Shown here: positions 25,590 to 38,100 of the stretch, piece after piece
Layout of the letters: the number at the start of each line of letters is the position of its first letter
How positions within the stretch are numbered: position 1 is the first letter of the stretch
From: Tubiluchus corallicola
Taxonomy: Eukaryota; Animalia; Priapulida
Length of the DNA: 64,000 nt
Reading direction: 5' to 3'
Assembly: GCA_030141605.1 (NCBI GenBank)
Contig: JAQGDQ010000082.1
Span: forward strand, 124,001-188,000
Translations under genes and position numbers: made by a program
Notes under the pieces: model-generated
Seen by the model: only the letters and a program-made list of their open reading frames with translations
What the model was told of the DNA's origin: nothing
Database searches by the model: none

Positions 25590-28500
25590 TTACAATACTG
25601 AACAAGAGTAGTCAAACATCTTCATTTCTTTCCCATATTGCTCACAGAGTTGCCGCAAAACTGGCCTTGAAATATTGCGATAATAATCACCAAACGGCGG
25701 CCATATTGTTCTCTCGTGCTTCTTATCTGACTCTAATTTTCCCGGAAACCGAACAAGATCGCTTATATTGAGTAAGTTTATTAAATAATTCGCATCGTTG
25801 CTCATGGTTTCATATTTTCCTATGAAGTCATACTTGATGTCGCACGGTTTACATAGCTTAATAGAAGAAGCCCAGTGCTGGTTCATATCACTGAATGTTC
25901 TAGACTCGGGTTGTAGTAAAAACTCCAAAAATTCTTCGAATTTTTCACCTGTAATGTTGCGACGTGTTTCGGCGTTTGTCCTCTTTAAATATTTACGCAT
26001 ATTACTCATATACTTTCGATGGTTGCCGGGCCAGGTGGACAGCACTTTATCTCGATAAGCTGAAACGATACGGTCCAAAGGATTTCTCACAAATACAAAC
26101 TTAAAGTAGTTTTTAAGCATGTATTCCTGCCTTTCGGGTTCATAATGAGAAAGCCTGGGCAATTTCCGCCCGTACGCGTGTGCGCTACGTTGCCGTATAT
26201 TCATTACATCACCGATGTCTCCATTTTCTAAGACCGCCATTATTCGCTTAAAGTTTGTTGTTGCAACTTTGGGAATTGGGCAGTAGATGAACCTGAACTC
26301 TTCATTCACGTGTAAGCGACGACTGATTCCTGGAAATTCAAGTCCTGGCTCCCCAAGGCCACCGCACAACTTCGCGACGCGTTGCGTCCTTTTCTCGTAT
26401 ACCTTCTCTGGCGTGCCTCCAAGACCCAGCAAATTCAACAATGAAACGAAAAATTTTTGTGTTTTTACGCTGTTTCTACACTCGTGCATAACCAAAGCAT
26501 CTAGCAAATTCAATTTCTCGGAAATGTGAGTTTTCTGTGTCTTTCCATCCTTAAGTGCAAAAAGGCTTAAACACAGAAAGAGAAATGAAAACAAGACTAG
26601 ACCGACGGTGTAGAGCTTTCGTATGCTGCTGAAACGTTTTGCACCAATCTGAAATATATTGATAGTACATTTATTTTATTTTCTTGAATTAATTAATCTG
26701 TCAGTCAATCATTGTTACTTTTCAGTAAGTGAATAGTTGTGAAGGGGGATTTGCTCTTAACAAAAACGTTTGTCTATCAGGTAATTCTGACAGGTCGCTA
26801 CTGTAGAGATGCTGGTGGGTCTCATAATCAGACATTACAGCCATTCAAACACACATATTAGAAGCTTGATCAATTAAATATCTCACACTTGTAACGGATG
26901 TTATCAAAATCTGAGCTTGCTAGATAATATGCACTGTCGAAAACCATGACCATCTACGGTAGTTGGCGTAACGAACCTTCCATTTCAAAAAGCGGTTGTC
27001 ATCTTATCTACCGCATTTTAAAGTTTTAAAAATGTAAATTCTAATTTGAAGTAGTCTTACTCGCCATATAAAATTCAATTTAAAGTAGTCCCATTTACCG
27101 AATAAAATCTAGTTTAAAGTAGTCCCACTTACCACATAAAATCCTATTTAAAGTAGACTATTTAGCATATAAATACAATTCCAATTTGAAGTAAAGCCAG
27201 TTACCGTATAAAATCCAATTTAAACTGGTCTTATTTTCCTTACAAAGTTCAATTTGAAGTATTCCCATTTACTGTATAAAGTCCAATTCAAAGTAGTCCC
27301 ACTTGCCAAATAAAATATAATGAATTATTGCTTATCAAAAATTACTTGACGATTGAAGGCATTAATTAACTGACAGAAAAAAACGCGAATTAAATTAAAT
27401 TTCTTAAGCACCTGATTTTTCTTTTATTTTGCGCATTATCACTCTATTTGTACCATCAACAGCTAATGGAGGAAAACAACCTTCGATTAGGGTTCGCTAA
27501 TAACATTATTAAAATTATCAATTTTTCTTCCTCTTATTAGAAATGGATAGCTATAACGACATTTCTCTTATTAGCATCCATTTGGACAGCTCAAAATAAA
27601 TCTGCAGAGAATAAGCCACAAGAAAGCAACGGGAACCAGCCAGTAAAGTTTCTTTTTATACATGACTCTTCATCTATTGCCAAGAACGTGGATGCTCGCA
27701 AAACCACTAGCTGAGTTAAAACAGGCGACAGAATCTACTGAACGAGACAAGAAATCAAAAGTTTATTTTCAAATCCGTTCTAATAATGACATGCCTAGTC
27801 AACAATTTTTCTTGCGTTATAAGAGCCATAGTATCAACACTATCATAAGATGTTTCACTTGCTGGACAGCCTTAATTATAAGTGTTTGCTGGACAGCCTT
27901 AATTATAAGTGTTAGGTTATTACTTTTACTAGGCTGTGTTGAATGCAATCCTGGTCCGCAAAATAATTTTTTAATAGTCAAGATCATGTAAATTTATTTT
28001 AAATAAATATCTGAAACTATAAAATTTTTACACATAAATATAAGAAATCTGGTAAAAAAATCACAGTCATTTAAAAGACATGCTGTGATCAGTAGAAAAT
28101 ACAATAAATGAATAAATGGCATCAGTGAAACATGGTTAAACGAAACGATTACTTCACAGTCAATGTCTCTAAAGGGCTACAATTTTTTTAGAAAAGATAA
28201 ATCTGGTAACAAAAGTGGAAGTGGGAGAGCTTTATTGGTCATTATGGGGGACATAAATATCGATGCTTTTAAAAATTCTCATCCTTCTTACCTTGCATAT
28301 AAAGATGTTATTAACAAATATAACTTAACTCTTTTTGAATAATACGGATGCAACTAGAGTAAGTAAACATACTTCGCTGATTGATTAGCACAAATTAATC
28401 AACGTTTTTTGGAACATAAGTCAGCACAATTTTTGTGATCACAACTTTATAATAGGTGTCACAAATACAAATCCACAACATACTAATAATGTTCAATTGA

Positions 28501-30293
28501 TCTATAAAAGAAACATTGACGATATTAATGTCGAAGAATTTAACAATGATTTAAATAAGATACTCCGGCAAGAATTATATATTACGACAGCTATTAATGA
28601 ACAACTTAATATGCTGCTTTACGATATACAATATTGCCTGGATTTGCATGCCCCATTGCAAAGTATCAAGGTAAACAAGAAATCAAGTGTAGTTAAAAAA
28701 TCTAATGTTCCTTGGTGGACCCTTGAACTACATAAATTACAAGTGAAAACAAAGTTATTAAAGTTATTCTTAATTACAAAAGAACCAAACGATTTTAAGA
28801 AATATAAAACAGCAAGAAATACATTTAACAATAAAAACTCTAAATTGAAAAATAAATTTTATAGTGAAAAAAGTGTCAATGCAGAAGGTTCAAAAGAAAA
28901 ATGGCAAATCATCAATGAGGCGCTAAATACAAACAGGAACTTGTTTCTATTACAAATCTTAAAACTGACAATTCAAACTGTGCAAAAGATATTGACATTG
29001 CAAACATTTTAAACAATACTTTCTTAAAAGTGGGATTATATAATCCAACAATATTTGACCAAAAGCAAAAAAATACGGTAAAGCTTTTTTAGACAAAAAA
29101 GTAGTTAACACGTTTTCATATGTACCAGTAGCTTCCTATGCAATATACCAAAATTAATCATCAATAGCATGAATTCAGCAAAAAGTGCGCTGCCGTCGCA
29201 ATAAAGCCTGTAGCATTATTATACCAAAACACGTTAGTTATATTTTTAATCAAATGCTTGTCAGAAGACTCCGCAATAGCAAGCAGAGAAAAGTAAAAAT
29301 TCCCATAATAGAACCACACTTGCAGTATTACAGCCTAGTCTTCTTACATAAATATTTAAATAATTTGAGTCCAGCATTCTGTAATAATAGAATGCCTCTT
29401 ATTAAAGCACAAGCAAATGAGGGGGTAAAATCACCTGCGAAATAAATAACGATTACATAATGTCATTGTGGTAAACTTATAATGATTATGACGTTATTAT
29501 TACTTATTTATTTTTTCTTTTATTTATTTATATATTTATGTATTATTACTGTAACGGAATTTTAATAAAAATTGTAACTATGTGGAAATTTTACGTATGG
29601 TTTGGTAAATTAATGCAGTAATGTATAACTTCCTTTATGTTAATTTTGAATGTTTTCAATTGTGGTACCATTGTAAAATTTTGTGTGTGTATAAATGTGA
29701 TTTTTGCGTTGTATTGCAATGATAAGAATTTTGTGAGTGTTAAAACTAAGTAGAAATTATTTAGTGATTGTAAGTTTTAGACGCAATTGGATTCATCAGT
29801 CCTCCGACTGATTGTACACAAAAAATTTATGTATATGTATTTTGAACAGTACAGAACAGTATTATACAATTATTGTATATAGCAAGCATAAGCAACTTGT
29901 ATTGTTTTGTAAATCCACTAGAAATAAATAAACTAATAACTTTGTGAAAACCAATTAGTATACAAACATTGAAAAAAGTTTTCGGTTATTAATATTTTAA
30001 TTACTTCTCGAAATTTGTGTTAATGATTAATCAATGAAAGTTTTAAAAATAATGCCAATTACGTCACAAATCTATCATAGTAGCAGACACATTAAAACCA
30101 AACACTTACTGCCTTCCTTTGATTATTTTTTTATTAACAAGGAATATCCATAAACATTTTAAAACGCCTATTTTGTAGCAGTTATTTTTGCTACCCAATT
30201 CCCAAAGTACTTTTTTGAAACTGATACCAATTTGAAACTTACCAATTTTAAACTGTGTGGCACAAAAATTGTGTTTTGACAAAATTTAGACAT
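25590..30293 (-). CDS. Carbohydrate sulfotransferase (Sulfotransfer_2 family, CHST11/HNK-1ST-like), type II membrane protein, ~369 aa, 2 coding exons
   Basis: Exon 2 is 26648-25590, after acceptor atttcag. It has a TM segment (TVGLVLFSFLFLCLSLFAL), 5'-PSB YCPIPKVATTNFKR, 3'-PB FVFVRNPLDRIVSAY, and HW..CKPCDIKYDFIGKYET. Predicted exon 1 is 30293-30243 (MSKFCQNTIFVPHSLKL|gtaagt, phase 0, matches the acceptor). Exon 1 is less certain than exon 2. Confidence 0.9.
27040..27320. repeat. Degenerate minisatellite, ~35-bp unit, ~8 copies
   Basis: Recurrent aatttRaagtagtcccaYttaccRYataaaatcc. Confidence 0.8.
27860..29450 (+). mobile_element. Decayed CR1/L2-type LINE ORF2 (2A-like peptide + APE endonuclease + linker) inside the CHST intron
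   Basis: LLLLLGCVECNPGP is followed by frameshifted APE motifs KILHINIRNL, GISETWLN, GYNFFRKDK, MGDINID, ATRV and CDH, then the linker DLHAPL..VPWWT..YKTARN..KWQIIN. Confidence 0.85.
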
Positions 30294-30619
30294 TTTGATA
30301 TTTCGTCCCATTAATTAAAACAGTTATGCAGAGCTGAGCCAACAAAACTCGAAACAGTGCCGAGAACAAACATGCCAGATTTTACGGCAACAAGACGACG
30401 TGAACTGTGCGATGAAAACTGTCATCACTAGGATATGACAAGTTTGATCTACGATGTAGTTAATGCCAAATTTTACTTTACCAAATTGGCAAAGTAAAAC
30501 CAAAGAAAGCCAATTGCTGTGTAAGTCTACAAGTAAAACAATTAGTGAAAATGCTCCGTTTCTGCTTACTAGTTTTCCCATTTTTGCAGCCTAAGTTAAA
30601 TTACTTATCACAAATTTAG

Positions 30620-31480
30620 CTTTTTCGCTGTTTGCACCAACACTTTTAAGAACGGTTTCTCTTATTATGAGCAGCATATATAAGCACTTGTACAAACACT
30701 TTGGCTGATTATATTGCTTATTGCAAATTATGGAATTGCATTCTATCATACATCATAGCAACTGCATCACGTTTGCCTATGGAAACAAGTTCCAGCAACG
30801 AAAAAGAGTTTTGTAGTTAGCAGTAGCGAAGATGAATAGGTTAATTAAGATAATGGTGACATATTACTAACTATTTATGATCGCTTTTCATAGCGGGTAA
30901 TTGTATAGGTTTCGTCACTGGAGAATTCTGAATAGTTTAGGATATAGAATTTAGACTCTATAAGCATGACTATGAATAATGAAATCACTTTTGTCTGCAA
31001 TAAGCTTATAAAGCACATTTTGGAACTTTGGAAGATGAAACTCCAGTTTCAGAGTCAGTGAAGGAAAATATTTCTGTAATAATGCTCACCAAGGCACACT
31101 GACGACAAATTGAATTTTGGTTGTGTGAAAATTTTTATTGCTTCATAATGATTTATAATGTTTAATAATTGCTCTAAAATGTTGCAAATGTTTTTAATAT
31201 AAAATTAAACAGTAAAGGTCCTAAAAATGTCCCTTGCAGGGTGCCCATTTATTTATTTTAATGTGTTCTTTTCTAGTATGTAAATAATTACTAATTACAT
31301 GTAACAAAATAGAAAGATAATATTTCGATACGAATATTTTCATATTTCGCTACTTACAGTCCTGTTATGCTGTTTTTTTATCCAAGAATTAGTAATTTTG
31401 GTGATGGCAGTTCAAATTCATGTTTTTTCAAGTTTCCAGTAGTTGAACATGGCTTGAAACATCAAAACTTTTACTGAAAT
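30620..31480 (-). mobile_element. Decayed CR1/L2-type RT fragment
   Basis: Minus-strand NFSKSFDV (~31455-31480; DFSKAFD motif) and GTLQGTFLGPLLF (~31208-31246; GVPQGSVLGPLLF motif). Boundaries are approximate. Confidence 0.65.
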
Positions 31481-31772
31481 TCAAAAACGTTTCTCCGACC
31501 AACGTATTTTCTTAAATCGGTTATCTTTTAATTCAGTAGAAGGCACTAGTAGTTGAATGTTTTTTAAACCAAACTGGTGCGCTTAAGTGATGATCGATTC
31601 ACATAACTACAGATCTGATAACAAGGTGGGTTTGATAAATTACTCTGGCCTCAAAAATGCTGCTGCAAAAACTTTTTTAGCATTTATTATTATTTTTTAT
31701 TTGACCTAAGATTTTAAAACCAAAAACAACTCAAGAATGCATAAATTCATTTGTAATGAGAAAATGGCAACA

Positions 31773-31778
31773 TTTATT
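31773..31778 (-). promoter_or_regulatory. Candidate AATAAA polyadenylation signal of the RASSF transcript
   Basis: tttatt on + at the distal end of a long AT-rich region downstream of RASSF. Other hexamers exist nearby. Confidence 0.3.
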
Positions 31779-33799
31779 AGCAAACAAATTAATGATCATG
31801 AACCAATGTACATGTAAATGAAAAAAATAAAGAAAAAAATCACTGAGAGAGCCAAAAATAGTTATCTATCAATAACGGCAAAATTACTTAACTATAAGCT
31901 CAGTTAAATGCATTTACTAAAAATACAAAACAACTAAAAGATCTGGTAAAAGTTTGTGCTTCAACAACAATATTACATTTACAAAGATACTCTGTATCTA
32001 GAGTAAACAATTACATATAGTTCCTGTTCATCAATATGGTTTTCATAGTAACAAAGACAACTGTTTGAGTTGAGGTGCTATTGTGTGTACGTGTGCAACA
32101 AGAATATGTAACAATATCATTGAAATTACTTTGACAATTATTTTTGCACCTGCAGTTTTTTGATATTTTAATTACTAAATGCATTTTTTTACATTTTGTT
32201 TAGAAACAGCATAAAATCTTATACCATGCAATAACTAGACTCAAAACCAAAAATACAGACATATACTGAGAAGCTGCAGGAGAAATAAAAATAATAATTT
32301 GTTCAAGACAATCACGACAATAATAAATTGCATGCTAAAGTACAAGATACAGCAGCTGATATGATATGTATTTCAAAACTTAAATAGAAAAAAGCTTATA
32401 TGGCACCATTCTATAGTACAAAAATGTTAAAATCATAACATTATTGGTTGCTAAAGAAAGGTAGCAATAAGTACTAGAAAGTAACAACCAGTATTTTTTC
32501 TTGAATAACAGGCGCTTCAGAAAAAGCATACTTTTAACACAGACCTGTTATCTACATACGAGAAAAGTGGTAAATGAAAAAATACCAACTTTTTTGCAGC
32601 ACCCTGTATGTTGATATTCATGACATTATTAGTAGAACGCAGCAAGTAAACAATCCGGCTAGAATCACAGTTAAGCTCACAAACAACATATACACAAAAT
32701 TTGTTTCATATTTTAACAGTACTGAAAAATGATTCCCTATCTAGCTGGCACATGGTCTTTTACACAGTCAGGTGATGAAACCTATCAAACCTTGTCTATG
32801 TGAAAGATTCTGGGTGTTGACACGCAAACAACTTTAGTTCTTTAACTATAGTTCGATGAACTAAAATAATATGTCACATTTATTTAACTTTTGCATTAAG
32901 ATCAATATTTCCAACTTCACGGAACTGTAGAATTACAGCACTGTAATTATTCTTAAATTCGTGCTACACAAAAAACATGCTTTGGATTTAGATCAGTTAG
33001 CCTAAAATAATCAAAACAGGCCAAACAACAAGGCATCATCCAAGCTAATATGCAGCATTGAAGCAACCAACTATTTATACAGTAGCACTTATCTAGAGAT
33101 ACTTCTTTATTATACTAAACAAAATAAAGTGTTAGAACATATTTTATAGATATAAAAGTGTGCACAAAGACTGATGCACAATACATCAATACTAAAAGCA
33201 CATACTTATTTCCTAATGCATATCTATGCTTAAAACTGCTAAAATGCAAAAACCAAAGTAAGTTGTTAATAAATAAAAAATAATTATTAGTATCTATAGC
33301 ATACACAACATCATTATTAAGGACTAAATTTTACATTAACTATATTAAAAAGATCACAAACCTTTTAAAAAGTAAAAAAACGTGCAAAATATTCACTATT
33401 TAAGATCCATTCCCCCTTCATAAGCCAAATGAAGCTTATAAAAAAATGTCAATTATAGCTGTAAGCTAAAAAAGTCAAATTCAATTTCACACATATTAGC
33501 AAGCTCAGGGGTAATGTACTATGTAAATAATTACATTTCTGTACACATACTGTATTTAGAAGCTGTATGCAGCTAATAATATACTAAAACTACTAAACTA
33601 CAATGTACAGAAGAAGAAATTAACAGAAAGAACATCTGTACATTTAGGTAGAATAGAAGTAAATCTGCACGTAGAAGCAAACAACATTTTTTGTTCAACA
33701 GTTTTTTTACAGCTATACACTGAGGTTTAAATTTAATTATAATACAAATGGATTGGTAGACGTAAAAATGACCTATCATTTACATATTATTGTGCATTA

Positions 33800-33905
33800 A
33801 ATTATTACTAATGTTTTCTTAGAAAGTAAAAGTAAAGATACAGAAAACATAACTAATTATTACTAATGTTTTCTTAGAAAGTAAAAGTAAAGATACAGAA
33901 AACAC
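33800..33905. repeat. Tandem duplication of ~50 bp
   Basis: aattattactaatgttttcttagaaagtaaaagtaaagatacagaaaaca occurs twice. Confidence 0.9.
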
Positions 33906-34369
33906 AACTGGTTAAGTTTCATTTAGTGTTTATGCCAAGTACATTAAAGTTTAAGCTGCCTTAGATATTAACAGTAAGCAGGCAAACACAATTTAATAAA
34001 CTCAGTGCAACTCGGGAGCAGAATTTGTAATGACACAATAGTGCAACCAAGAAAATAATTTGCTACTCTAAACACATTTTCTTCTTCTAGGCTCACTTTC
34101 AAGAATAACAGTTAGCAATTAATAATTGTTACTGCAATAACTGAATAACCTTTGAAGCAAGAAATTTACATGCAAAAAGTAGAACCACGTTTAGATAACA
34201 GCAAAAGTATAGATCGTTTAAAACGCTGTAAGGGGAAATTTGCTTTTATTACAAAGTTATTACTTCAAAAACTTAATTTTGTTAGTTTTTCATTGCTGGA
34301 CACCATAATAGTATCTCAGTTTGGCTTTTCATACATGTATTACAACATGTATTATATGGTTATATGTAT

Positions 34370-35113
34370 TTAACTGTCTCCGTTGCTTTGACCGGATAAT
34401 GCAGACATGAGAGCTGAAAACAGCATCGATGCCAGTACAGGTAAACCACGAGCATCGAACTCCCAAAATTCTGGATTTGCACACATTTCCAATGGAATCC
34501 CGCCCACCGGAAGCTGTTGATTTACTACTGAAGACTGGGAAGCAGATGGTTGACGTGTTACAGGATTGTTACTATCGGAAGCAGCACTCTCGGACGAGCC
34601 ATATGATGACATCGTCTGAACATAAGCTTCGGAAAATTCCTGAGAGTCTGAAATTTCAGCAGAAACTGAGGTTCCCGAAAAGCCTGAGTCAAATGTGTTT
34701 TCTGGCAAGTATTGGTTCTTCGAACCAGGAGGTACGACAGCTTCACTTTGCTCAAACACACGGTTCAGTTCAGTCTGCACTCCAGTAGTAGACCCACAGT
34801 CATTCCTCCCACTTCGTGCTACTTGGTGCCCACTAGCTGCTAAGATCTGCTCAAAAAGTCTGGCTCTATCTTTCACGGTAAACTGGCCATCCTTACCAAA
34901 CAAGGATGCAGCAGAGCTACTCTGTTCCCCGTCGTTATCGTTATCAGTGCGATAGATTACAGCACCTCTTCGCAAATGTTCATGAAGACTTGCCATTTGC
35001 TGACCAGAGAGAGGTAAACTTTCTGGTAGTATACTGTACTGTCTAGCTTTTCCACTGTTTAGTTTTTCAGAACATTTCTCCCCTGCAATGTTGTCACTAA
35101 GTTTCTTTAGTTG
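34370..35113 (-). CDS. In-frame 247-codon C-terminal extension of RASSF beyond the TGA (candidate readthrough region)
   Basis: After TGA (35116-35114) the frame reads QLKKLSDNIAGEKCSEKLNSGKARQYSILPESLPLSGQQ (39 aa). It joins the listed 208-aa ORF 34996-34370 with no stop. Confidence 0.7.
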   Translation of the reverse strand, partial: QLKKLSDNIAGEKCSEKLNSGKARQYSILPESLPLSGQQMASLHEHLRRGAVIYRTDNDNDGEQSSSAASLFGKDGQFTVKDRARLFEQILAASGHQVARSGRNDCGSTTGVQTELNRVFEQSEAVVPPGSKNQYLPENTFDSGFSGTSVSAEISDSQEFSEAYVQTMSSYGSSESAASDSNNPVTRQPSASQSSVVNQQLPVGGIPLEMCANPEFWEFDARGLPVLASMLFSALMSALSGQSNGDS

Positions 35114-38100
35114 TCAGGCAACAGACGATGACCGATAACTTGTCACTTCCAGAGTGCGCATGCGATCAGCCAGCAGCTTTTGGTAACCCACATATCTGCA
35201 AAATGGCTCTTGTAATTTCATCTCGTAAAGATAATAAAATATGATCATGAGATGAAGAGATAAAAGGCAGATTTTATTAATGACAAAAATAGACACAAAT
35301 CATGCAATTAATAAAATAATCTCACAACAGTGAAAAAAGATACCAAAGCATTAAGAAAAAATTATTTTTTATTATGGTGTTTTTTATTAAATGATCAAAA
35401 AATGAATTGACATAAGTGCAATCTTTTTGTTTTTAATCACACTGCCAAATATGTCAATAAATATCTCACCATGCCATAACTGACAGCTGGTCATGCCTCA
35501 AGCACAAACAAATTAATGTATAAACTTAAAAATTTCAATACAATTAATCCAAACCACACCAAAATTTGATGAGTTCTTCTTTTCATCATGCTCCATTCCC
35601 TGTACTTCGTTTTGTGCAAATTAGTTAAATAAAACTTGCATAATCCTGCTTGTTTGACAGACAGACAAGCAACCAAATGAAGACATAACCTCCTTGGCAG
35701 GGGTAATTATTGTAAATTCCAGAGCATATTGCATGTACAACTCAAATTCACTATCAAGAATGTATTAGTTTTGTTATTGTAGAGTGAACCTTACAATACT
35801 TGGCTACCACCCGAAAAAACAAGCTGTAGTTTACAATTCGAAGCAAAAAGTCTGTGTATCTTCGGTAATTCCGTAAAATAGATAAAAGTTTGCTTAGGCT
35901 AAATGATCTTGCAATTACTCTGTGGAGAACCGATCACTTGCACTAAATGTAGACATATTTTGCAAGAAACACCCTACATAACAAGGCTATACTAGGATTT
36001 TTCACAAAATCATACATATCAATAGAGATAAACTTACTTTTTACGAATCCTTTCTTCTTCAGCTGCTTCCTCCTCCTCGAACTTTTTGATTATGCCTCTA
36101 AGCTCGGTTTCAGTCAGATTAATGTACTGAGCAATCTACATACATAAAAATATAATGTCAGTTACAATCTAACAGCAAATGTATCAAATTTTATGGTTCT
36201 ATTGAAAAACGAGTGGATGAAAACGTTACCAGTGAAAACAGCACAAAAACAAAATTATATTAAATAATAACTTGAAACTATACTTTTTATAAATACAAAC
36301 TCTTAATGACTATATATTAATAAATGATCTGCAATGCCAGTAAATCACATACTGATTCATAAAATAAAAAATATACAATGAAATTGAAATAGATATAGAA
36401 AATAATGCAAGCTCAAAATTATCTACCGCATATTCCAATTTTGGACAGGGGTTAAATATGTTTGGTACCATACACTTCTGTTCTTCATGATCTTTCATTT
36501 AGTCAATTTAAAACTAATTAATTAATTAACTAATTAACAAAGAAACTGCTACTACAATTTTTTGTTAAAATCATGTTAAAATTCTAAACTAGGTTGCAAA
36601 TTGTCAGAAAATTTTTACCTCAAAAGGTAGATCTGGTTTCAAATTTGCCTCCATTATGTAGATTTTACAAGCCTCCTCACTGGGACCCATTATTATTCTT
36701 ACTAACAATGGATACTCATCTTCCAAAATACGAGACCATACTGTTAACAATAAGAATAAAAAAATTATGCTTACATTTACATTAATTCACACCAGAACTA
36801 TTTATTTTTAGTTATTTATCTCATGGAAGTACTGTGACTATAAGTACTCTCTACACTTAGACTGTTACATACCTGTCTGTTACAAAACTGCGTGTTACAT
36901 ATGTCACAGTAAGGAAGCCTCTTATAATGGCACGTCACCATAGTAGTACTCAAAAATTTAAGGACACTTTTTTGTTATTATCCACAAATTAAACAATTTA
37001 AGGATAATTCGTTAAAAATTATTTGACACATAAATACGCTCATATGATACAATGTTCTCTGTTGCCTTTGAACTTTTGAGGTTCAAGAACAATCGCGTGT
37101 CGTGTTCAATCTCATTTTTGCCAAGGAAATCGGTGATTTTTTTCCTAGTTGTTAGTTGTAAACTGAAACTGTTCCAATGAAAGTCATACATATTTTGTGT
37201 ACTTCGACGAAAATATGTTTTACTGAGTTAAAAAAGCCACTTAAAACATTTAATAAGTAAATTTAACAAAGTCCTGCATGAAGTACACCTTACTGCTAGT
37301 GGCATTATCACTTGTACTAATTTCATATCGAAAACCTAGTCATCATCTAATGTACGTTTTAACTCTTTTAACAACTTTTAAAGACTCCAAACTTTCTATT
37401 GACAACAAAGTATGAAGTGGATAAAAAACACCATTCAGTAAAATGCTTCGTGTGAATTTCAATATTAGCAATCATTATTTTTCATATACCTCATGTTATG
37501 AAAGTTTTCACTGATCATTATGTACTGTTTAATATAATAGCCCATAGCACAACCTTATCTATACATCTTATCATTGTAGTATAGGGGTGGTAGACTAGAT
37601 GACCTTTTGTATTTTCGCCATCTCTCTTGGCTATTACAACATTTGTATCTTATAAGCTTTCTATGTTATTGAAGCAAATCAACTATTCTGTATTCTGTAA
37701 TATACTCTCCAAAAAAAATCTTGATTCTGAAATAAACTGGTTCCACTAGAACTATGGTAATTTGCTGCAAAAACAAGGTATACATTTGAATGATTCCAAA
37801 CACAATAAATTTGTGTTACTACAGTTCTGAAAGGACCATTATTAAATGTAATCAGTGTTCTTTACCGTGAAAAAAGCAAAGATGTTTAGGTACAGAACCA
37901 AAATACACAGAATGCTGTACTATGCAAACAATTGGGAAATAAACTAAGGCCACAAATAGGCCTATGCATCTGCTACACATCAGAGAGAAACTTTACAACT
38001 GCTATAACATATAAATCAATGAAGATTTGTTTATAAATCTTTGTACCTCCATTTTCCAAAACCTTGAACAGAGCAAACTCTGAAGACGGATTTAACACCT

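Noticed and set aside
34370-34996. Stand-alone 208-aa gene starting at ATG 34996
   Set aside because: Disfavoured rather than excluded: it starts 117 nt after the RASSF stop, in the same frame with no intervening stop and no room for a promoter. It is better explained as an extension.
37020-37150. Possible RASSF exon after the RA exon
   Set aside because: The required phase-1 frame hits TGA. The exon at 36740-36619 supplies the expected EYPL..GP motif.
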